Assembly (NCBI GenBank): GCA_043228905.1
Contig: JBHGNT010000422.1
Location: 1 to 26,603, forward strand
DNA: 26,603 bases
Source: Azolla caroliniana
Lineage: Eukaryota > Plantae > Polypodiophyta
Reading direction: 5' to 3'
Below the pieces are notes generated by a model, which was given only the letters and a program-made list of their open reading frames with translations, made no database searches and was not told the DNA's origin. Position numbers and translations under genes: made by a program. Shown piece by piece: positions 1-10,100 of this stretch (its first letter is position 1; each line of letters opens with the position of its first letter).

Positions 1-720
1 TGAAACTACCAGCGCGAGAATGCAGACATCTAAACAAATCGCTATTCTAAAAGAACTAAAACTCTTAACTCAAATCCGTTTATATGGGTCAATTAAGGGT
101 ATATTAAGGTAAAACATTCTAAAATTTAATATAAATATCTTAGCGATTAAGAAAGATATGATCGCTCAAAGTCAAGATTAGGATGAAACTACCAGCGCGA
201 GAATGCAGACATCTAAACAAATCGCTATTCTAAAAGAACTAAAACTCTTAACTCAAATCCGTTTATATGGGTCAATTAAGGGTAGATTAAGGTAAAACAT
301 TCTAAAAATTTAATATAAATATCTTAGCGATTAAGAAAGATATGATCGCTCAAAGTCAAGATTAGGATGAAACTACCAGCGCGAGAATGCAGACATCTAA
401 ACAAATCGCTATTCTAAAAGAACTAAAACTCTTAACTCAAATCCGTTTATATGGGTCAATTAAGGGTAGATTAAGGTAAAACATTCTAAAATTTGATATA
501 AATATCTTAGCGATTAAGAAAGATATGATCGCTCAAAGTCAAGGTTAGGACGAAACTACCACCGCGAGAATGCAGACTTCTAAACAAATCGCTATTCTAA
601 AAAAAACAAAAAACTCTTAGCTCAAATATGTTTATGTGGGTCGATTAAGGGTAGATTAAGGTAAATTATATTAAAATTTGATATCATTATTTTAGCGATT
701 AAGGAATATATGATGATAAA
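1..720. repeat. Tandem array of a ~183-bp unit (about 4 copies visible, continues off the left edge) inside a Raptor intron
   Basis: Unit starts (T/C)GAAACTACC at 1, 184, 368 and 551 (periods 183/184/183). Copies 1-3 are near-identical; copy 4 degenerates towards ~720. Confidence 0.95.
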
Positions 721-995
721 AGGAACAAAGATTCAAAATCCAAATTATTTTTGGACGGTACAGTCCAGTTCTAGTTCTTGTAGTTTAGTTTGTTCCATTA
801 CAGATAGCTAGTTATAAATATCCTCTGTTTTTGTCATCATATGGGATTTTTTAATATTGCTATAAATTCACTAGTAGCAGTAAAAATGCATCTGCAGTAT
901 TCTCGTTTAATATAAATAGTTATTATGACTAATACCCTATTAATAAAGCTATAAAATGATACGAATTAAAAAATATATATAAATATGTATCATAC

Positions 996-1110
996 CTAAC
1001 TGTTCGAGGCACACACTAACCAACGATCCCTGCAAAGCAGCTTCTTGACCATCCCTGTAATTGCTCACCAGACAAGACAGCACAAAAGTCGCCTGTGTAC
1101 GCGATTCGGA
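996..1110 (-). CDS. raptor: Raptor exon 13 ([38 protein letters not shown])
   Basis: tttttag acceptor, G|gtatga donor, 115 nt open; resembles the GQEACLQG..CLEQL region of Raptor. Confidence 0.9.
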
Positions 1111-4100
1111 CTAAAAAATAAATTTATATAAATAAGTTTTACGCAAAACTTTGTTTCGGTTTTCTTAAAGACAAAGTTTAAGTATTCCAACCATCTTTTA
1201 GAGAATTAATAAACATCATTTTGGGGTATTGCTCGTCTTATAGGAAAAAACTATTTTTGCTGATTTGTATGCGTTGATGCAAACCTTGAAGTCTATCTAT
1301 TTAACCTTCTTTGGTTCAGCCCTGGACCTCCCTGTCCTTTCCACTCTTCTCTTTATATTGTTGTAGCGTTCTCATTTGGGATCTTCCTCCACTTTTTTTT
1401 TTATTTTCCACAGTTTAGAATAAATTGTTTTCGTCTTTTTGTCTGATATTGTGCACGGCGAATTTCCATTTTAATTTTTGCTACTTCCTTTTTACCATCT
1501 CATACCTTTGATTTATTTCTTATTCACTAGATTCTCCTTCTATATATCAGTTTTACAAGTAACATTTGTCTTTCCGTCGATCTTTGTGCTTTTGATATTT
1601 TATCCATGTTTATCTGTGTGACTTTCCATGCTTTATCTGTCTTATATCGTCTCCCCATCTCATCTGGGTCATCCACTTCTTTCATTCCATGGTCTCCATT
1701 GTTGTATTGTGGTTTTCCACAACAGTTTTTGTCTAGTCTTATGATCTATTTTCGTTTTTAACCTACGTTTTTTGAGTGTTGTCTTTCATTTTATCTTTTA
1801 ATCTAACTCCCAATATTAATCGCTACAAAATAGTAAAGACGCACTTTACTATTTTGACCATATTTTTCTTTAGTTGTAGTTTACGTTTCTCCACGAAGCT
1901 GTCTTGCCTTTTGGAACACCATCCAAATATTTTGCTATATCTTCTGGATGATTCCGTAAATCTTTCTATTAAATGAATCATTTGGGAACATTATGATCTC
2001 GCCAGAAACAGAGCAGTCTTCTTGTCTAAAATATTGGCTTTGATTTCCAAGAATATGCGACAGGAAATATTGACATTTTTTTTTTGCACATTAAATCCAG
2101 TTTTTTGTTACTCAAACTAAACAAAAGGTTTAATCCAGAAAGCTAGATATCGTTTCTGGATTACCTGCTTAATTAAAACTGTTTTGCTAACATAATATGA
2201 CTAATTTATAGAAACAAAAATATTATTTTTATTTGCCTAGTGAAAGAGTTATTGGCGGCTTTATTACCACAAAAGAAATTATTGTCTAATTAATGAAAAA
2301 ACACCAATTATTAAAATAGTAACCAGAACTCAATTTTACTCACCGGCATCGACGGATCTTGCAAAATGGATAAAAAAATATTTGTGACCTTGCTCGCGCA
2401 CCAAATCGGATTGACAAGTCTGGAAATTACAAATCTATTAGGGTAAATAGATTCTTGATGATATATTTAGCATATTTCATTTACTTACGTTATCTACGGC
2501 CATAATTTTGGCCCAGATGTAAACTAGCAGAGGCCTTAGTTTCTCTAGCAAAAGCTTTGCAATAGCTTGAGCACGTACGGGAAAAATACCAACTGATAAT
2601 GCCAGATTTACCGCCCATGGCCCTAAAAAAAGACATTTCGGTACATTCAGAAGATTTAATTGCGTATACTATTATTAAACAAATCCAAACCATAATCCTC
2701 TTAATCATTTTACAAGTTACGCAAACACCTAAAAACCCAACAAAAAAATAAAGGTGACAATCTGAACCCAATCTCGTTGAATCTAATCAAATTCAAATTC
2801 AAATTCAATCCTTTATTTTTCCCATTTAGACAATACAAATTGTAAGGGAATAGTCAATTACTTAAAACTAACTTAAAAATAAAAACACTAACTAAAGAGA
2901 ATAAAAACATTAACTAAAAGGAATAAAAACATTAACTAAAAGAATAACTAAAAAAGAATAAGATCTTTCACAATAAAAATTAAAAATTAAAATAGTCGTC
3001 AAGACTGTAGAAACAATTTGCCAATAAGAATGCCTTTAATAAGGCTTTAAAATGCCGTAACCTTATCACAGCCTTTAATGTAATCAGGGAGCGCATTATA
3101 AATTTTGGCTCCAAGTCTATTAGGAGAATTATAGGCTATTTTGCCCCTGGAATATTGGACACATAGATTATTTTTTATATCTTGTATTAAAATTGTGAAA
3201 GTCTTTATTCTTGGTAAGAACATCTCTATTAATGTATATAAACAATGACATTTCATAGACAAACAGACAGGGAAGAGGTAAAATATTATATTTCTTAAAC
3301 AGATCTCTACAACTCTGGCAACATAGGAGCATTTTGCAATACACCGAATTATTCTTTTTCTGCTTGATAAAAACATTGTTACTAAGTGTTGAGACACCCC
3401 AAAAGACCAGACCATAGCGTAGGTGAGACTCTTACATGAGCATAATATAACATCAGTAATTGATCAGTAACATAACAGAGACCTTAGATTCAAAAAAAAG
3501 ATAATAAGATGTATTTAGTTTTGATATTACATACTCACAGTGAGCTTTCCAGTTCAAACATTCATCAATATGAATACCAAGAAATTTTGTAGTCTTAACC
3601 TGGTTAAGCATACGGTTATTGATGTTTAAATTGATATTTTTCACTTGGTTTTTGAAAGTTGCGGAACCTGATAAACTGTGTCTTGTCAACGTTTAGGTAC
3701 ATAGAGTTGTCACCGAAACCATGTGCTAAGATTAGCAAGTACATCATTAGCTGATTCTTCCAAATTATCAGAATGCTTATTTGAGAGCAATAAAGAGACA
3801 TCATCCGCAAAGGCCGTGAGCTCAACACCCTCACCGACAGTGTCAATATCATTCAGATACAGTAGAAAAAGAACAGGGCCAATGACAGAACCTTGCGGGA
3901 CCCCTATATTAACATCAAGAGTGGACGAGTTAACTGTATATCTAGAGTTACTGCCAAAATCAGTAATGCTTACATACTGTTTTTCTGTTGGAGACAAATG
4001 AGAAGATCCAATCGAAAGCCTGTTTCCGTAATTCCATACATTTTTTTCATGGATCAGATAATAAATAGCGTAAAAGAAATCTCAGGATTAGTTGTATATG

Positions 4101-7100
4101 AGAACTCCATCAACCCGTATATGCAATGTACATACTTAGGAGTCAAGATCACAAGCTAGAAAAACTTAAAACAAGAAGTTCGAGCCCAAGTGAATAAAAC
4201 CTCAAGAATATTTGGCTCTCCGAGGGACCTCATGTGAAAAAAACAAATATATGTCCACCGATAGTAAAGTCTGCATATACAAAAACAGTCGTAAGATCTA
4301 TACTTGTATATCCAGAGGAAACTCGAGCGAACACAACAAAAAACGAAGAATATAACGAGGGCAGCAGAGATGAAAACATTGAGAGCTATAAGAGGAGTAA
4401 GCTTAAGAGACCTAATAAAGAGTAAAAATCATATGAGAAGACCTAAAAATTTAAGACATATGTAGTTCGATTCACGAGATCGAAACGACGATATCGGAGA
4501 GACCAGGTCGATAGAATGAAGGACAAAAGATGGAAAACCAAACTCAAGGAGACCACCCTCCAAACAGATGGCACGAAAGCTGGACATCTGCTTTCCAAGA
4601 GGCTGAATAGAACTTCTACTATTCAGAAACAAGACTGTGTCTTAAGAAAAGAGAAAGAAGAAGAAGAATCGGGGAGACCACGTCGATAGAATGAAGGGCA
4701 AAAGATGGAAAACCAAACTCAAGGAGACCACCCTCCAAACAGATGGCACGAAAGCTGGACATCTGCTTTCCAAGAGGCTGAATAGAACTTCTACTATTCA
4801 GAAACAAGACTGTCTTAAGAAAAGAGAAAGAAGAAGAAGAATCGGGGAGACCACGTCGATAGAATGAAGGGCAAAAAGATGGAAAAACCAAACTCAAGGA
4901 GACCACCCTCCCTAGAGATGGCACGAAAGCTGGACATCTGCTTTCCAAGAGGCTGAATATTAGAAGAAACAAGACTGAGTCTTGAGAAAAAAGAAAGAAG
5001 AAGAAGAAATAAAAATACTTTTACAATACGCACCTAATAAATAAAAATGTCTTACCTAAATCCAAAAAACTTTCCCAAAAGTTCTAAAGCTCTCGTTCTA
5101 TGCACCTGACTTAGCAATACTTGAAGCACGATCGGCAATTGTTCGGGAGGGCGACGTTCTTCGGACCCTTTCAAATAAAAGTAAACAATTTTACGAAATA
5201 AAAACAGCAAAAATTCATTCATTACTTTCTCCTTGAAAATATTCAGGAAAGTTTAAAGATATTTGCCTATAATTGACAGGGTTGTCAATTATTAGGAAAA
5301 TTGGCCATTTCCGCTTCCCGTACTGCACAGGGAATATTATAGGATTTTGATTATGTCCAACGCAGATTACTTCTTATTATTTAAAATAATTCTGTTTCAA
5401 ATAACCGTAGACCAAAAACAACTTACACGTGTCCTTTCAATATTGAAAATCGTAAAATTCTCCTAAATTGTTCATTACTTTGTCCTTCAAAATATTCACC
5501 ATATTTAACTCTACGTGCAACTCGTGTTGTACAGTAAAAGTTTACCAGTAAATGGGAAATGACTATCGCTGCAATGCCTAAGAGGGAATAAAGGGTTCGT
5601 GCCCAGGTTCTGTAGGTGCTTTTGCACCCCTCAACCCCTTTATTATTATTAAAAGTTTACATTTAATTTGATATATTATATTTTTATACTTACCGATTTC
5701 TAACCAAATTTGAAACGCAGTTAGTTGTTCTTCGAAAAAACGCCAAATTTTTAAATGTCGCCTTTCCAGCTACGATAGCGGGAAGTTGAGCTAAAAAAAA
5801 AGTATTAATAACCATTTAAATAAATAAATCGTGTTTTATATTTTCACAAAGAATAAACATTATATTAAATATGTAACGTTTTCGTTAACACAGTATCATC
5901 TTCAGACCCAAATATATGCAACATCTATTAAATATGTATATATGTTAATTTAATATGTTTTGCAAAAGCTCTACCTGTTTGACCTATATACTTTTTTGGA
6001 CATGACCCACAGAATAAACTACATATACACTCCTGACTGGTACTTTTGTATCCTTCTTATCTTTACATATAAGTATATTAATTAATCTACGCAGCCATTT
6101 TGCATCTATAAGGATGACAAAAATTAAAATGGATAATGATTTGTCAGATCCAGAATTTAATATTGGGGTACATTAGAAATAATATCGCCTCTTAAAAATC
6201 TGAACCCATGAACATGAGAATATATTAAAAAAATTACAGTTAAATTTTAATATTATATTAACAGCTCTTTTATCTTCTATGACTACTATAAACATAAGAC
6301 AAATTAAAGTTCCCAACTATGATTCTTAACATTATTATCAATTTTCCAGTACCAGTGAAGCAAGAGAGTAGGAGAAATTTATCGAAGGAAATCGATATAA
6401 AAAATTATAGCAAAAATAATGCTAAACTTACCCAGGCAAAGATCCATCACAAGATCCCAAGCCGCCCCACATTTTATGTTGGTAAGTGGGCGGCAAAGCC
6501 GGGGAAGAAAATCGGCATACAATCGCTGGAAACGCATTATCCTTTCGGCCAATAAAAAATTTCTAAAAAGGCTGGCGACCAGCAGGTCTTGACGAAACAA
6601 CTTTTGGAATAATTCTAAAAAAAAATATTTGCCACTCAAATACTCAGTTTTCGTAATTTTAATATACAACCCTTTAGTAAAAAAAGGCAAGTTATATAAT
6701 GACATAAAAAATACCTCGAGGTAACGTGTTCCAAGCAATTGTATCAGTAATTGCGGTGAAAAATCCAGTTAAGTTCTCCAAACATTGATTTCCTATCCGA
6801 AATATTTTCCAGGCACCCTAAAAATGATTTTAAATAAGTTTGAATTATATTTTATTATTATTATTATTATTACGGGTTTATCAATAGTAAGCGGAAAAAT
6901 TCCGATGAAAACTATTGAATTGTTTATATAACAGTGTCACTTTGCATAAATCAAGTACCACGTCACAATTTGCTACAGTTCAATAATGGATGAGTATATT
7001 ATTCCAGGTCCACATTTCCAAATCAAGCCTATTCTTGAAACTGGTTTATGTTTGTAGAGTTAACTACATCCTCACTTAGCCTATTCCAGCTGTATATGAC

Positions 7101-10100
7101 CCTATTTGACAGGAAATTTCCTCTTAGTAGTTTGCTGGTTTTTTTCTTTAGCCAGTTTTTTACTATGACCTCTAAGGGTAGTCAATTGAGGAGAGTGGAA
7201 GAGGTCCAGGTTGCACCCATAGCGTCCGCTGGTGATCATAAAAGTTTCAATGAGGTCACCCCGAAGCCGTCTTTCACGAAGAGTTGTCAGATTCAGCCTA
7301 GCCAGCCTGTCCCTGTAAGATGGGGTTCTCAACTCCAATGGAATTTTTGTGATTCTTTGCTGCACGCTCTCAAGCGCCTCAATATCTTTGATGTAGTATG
7401 GATTCCAAAATACACTGCCCATATTCAATTTTTGGTCTTAAAAAGGACTTGACTATTATGTGACTGATGTGTTGTACCCATTTTAGATCCTCGGTGATAA
7501 TTATTCCCAGGTCTTTCTGTTTTTGCACCTTCACCACCTCAGTCTGTCCCAGAATGTAATTGTTTTTTGGGATTTGTTTCGTCCTATGTGGAGAACCGTG
7601 CATTTGGAATCGTTTCAGAGGCATTTTTTCAGGTCGCTGTCCAGGTTTTTAATTTTATCCAGATCTTCCTGAATGTGGTGACTTTGTTTCGAAGGGTTGC
7701 AGTATATGTTTGTGTCATCGGCAAAAAGATGTAATAGCTGGTCTTTAGTTCTGAATATAGATCACTTAGGTACACAATGAAAAGGAGGGGACCCAAAAAC
7801 AGACCCTTGTGGAGCACCACTGTAAGTATCATGTTCTCTAGACAATTCCTGTCCCACACGAACCCGAAATTTTTCTACCCTGAAGAAAACCCCTTATAAA
7901 GTACAACAGTTTTTCCCCTGACTCCATAATGCTCAAGCTTGTATAGGAGATAGCCGATGGGTATTTTGTCAAATGCCTTTTCAAAATCCAGATACAGAAC
8001 ATCAATCGGCTCATTATTATCATCCGCCAGAGTCCACTGGTGCAGCAATACTAGAATATCACAAAGCCATTTTAATTCTAAATATTTTTTTTCATTACTT
8101 TAAATGAACTTATGTTAGTTTACCATCAACAATTTGACAAGGCGTAATATAAAAATTCATAACTTTGTTTTTGATACCTCTGGAATATTCTAGTTTTGTG
8201 TAGGTTTAAAGCGAAATAATGTGTCTATAAACACACTATATTAACGAGGAAACCCTTTTGACTCTAACTATTTTTTGGTAGAATTTCACTTCTAAAAAAC
8301 TATATAACGCTGGGTACCAGCTTTGAAGTGGACTGAAGCACCGCCCACCTCAAAGCAATTTTTATGGGCGTGGTCAGGCACGAAGTGAACAGATCGGCCG
8401 GCAGATCCGGATTCATCGGAAGCTGTTGATTGGCCGTGCAGGCGGCCAATTGGATGCAATCGTTGAACGAAGGGGGGTTGGAGGGGGGGACTCGAGCGGG
8501 AAGAGCTGGATACGGCTTGCTGAAACCAAAAGTGGTTTGTCTAGGTATTTATGTACAAAAAAAAAATCTCTTTATAACGTTAAACAAACTTATTTCATTG
8601 ATAATATTAGTTAAATCAGTTAGAGAATCTATGGAGTGATATAAAAAAGAATGCACGGGCTATGTCTTTTTATTATTATGGACAATTTTAAACCTTACAC
8701 TAAAATTTTTAATTATGGAAGATGGTTTCCGTATGGGCTCATTTTTAATTAATAAAAAAACGAGTTTACAGTTTCTTTTTCTTCAGAAATGATAAAGTAT
8801 AGTATACTTTTTGGGGGGGAGAACTTAAACCAGCTTGTAATTGCGTTTCAATATGTCTAATGGATTTATATATTTATTTCACAGAGTACTATTGAAAAAT
8901 AGAATTAATACTTACTTCGTATTCCGATTCGTGTTGCTGGGCAAATGTCTTAAACGAATCCACAATAATACCGCGTTTGAACAATCATAAACGTAAATCG
9001 AAGGCGCTCCCATCCAGGTTTGTAAATCATAAATAGATAACGGAATGTATTGGGTGTATGACTGAAAATATTTAAAAAATAAATAATAGCACACTTGATT
9101 GGACCTTTAAAAACTAGCCTATGCATTTATTTGCTAAATTACAGTTACCTACTCTGTTAAAAACCCAAATTTCTCCATTGGTTGTAGGTTTGGGCACGCC
9201 GTGACCATTGTAGTGGAACAAAACTCTTTCTTCTTTGGCATTTCGCCTTAAGGAGAGGCACAATTTTTTTACTTCGTCTGCTGTCGGATCCAAAGACTAA
9301 AACAATTTAATCAGTTAATCATTAACGACGAGAAATTTTGGTATGCAACCAATGAAATATCTTGAGGGGACTGTTTCGTGCTGGATATAGTTAAATTATT
9401 CTTGCTATTATGTTATATAAGGTGTGTTTTATTTTATTTATTTATTGACGGACCACATAGTCCATTTTTTAACAACACAATCTACAATATAAGTGAAAAC
9501 TATATGCTACCAGAATATAAACAGTACATTTTATAATTATAATGTATAAATTATAAAAAGAAAAAAGAAAAAAATATCCTAAATTATACCATATTACACC
9601 TAAAAATAAATAAGCATTAATTCTACATTATAAGACTAAAAACAAGATTAGGTATTAAGAGTCAATAATCTCGCCTTGAAATTCGAAAAGGAGCCGTTAA
9701 AAAAAATCTAAACCTTCCAAATCATTAGCGAGGCTAGCCACACGAGGTATAAAAGAATTACATGAGTAATTAGTTCTGTGGTAAGGTTGATGGAAAGTTT
9801 TTTTGAAACGGGTTATTCGAGGAGGAACATGTAAGCCAATCTTTTCAAGCAAACAAGGACAATCAATAAGAAAGTTAACAGATTTAAACAGGAGCTGAAG
9901 GTCCCTCATTTCTCTTCTTTTTAAAAGTGAGGGCAATTTTAGTTGTAGGCAATGATCGCTATAGGTAAGGTTTTCATTTTGGAGAAATCTATAATTTATA
10001 TGCCTAAAAAACCTTTTTTGCACCCGTTCAATCCTGCCAACATGTACTGAGGACTCCACACACAAGAGGCGTATTCAAGATGAGATCTTACAAGAGCACA

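Noticed and set aside
1-720. CRISPR-like array
   Set aside because: Units are contiguous near-identical 183-mers with no unique spacers, in eukaryotic intron context with no cas genes.
4429-5033. Three similar minus-strand ORFs (67, 117, 72 aa) as a small gene family
   Set aside because: They are antisense readings of the triplicated RTE 3' end.
7048-7452. Plus-strand 134-aa ORF and similar shadow ORFs (3723, 8426, 8430, 10080, 11214, 12801, 17466, 18064, 23146, 24411)
   Set aside because: Antisense to recognisable LINE or host coding sequence, with no motifs of their own.
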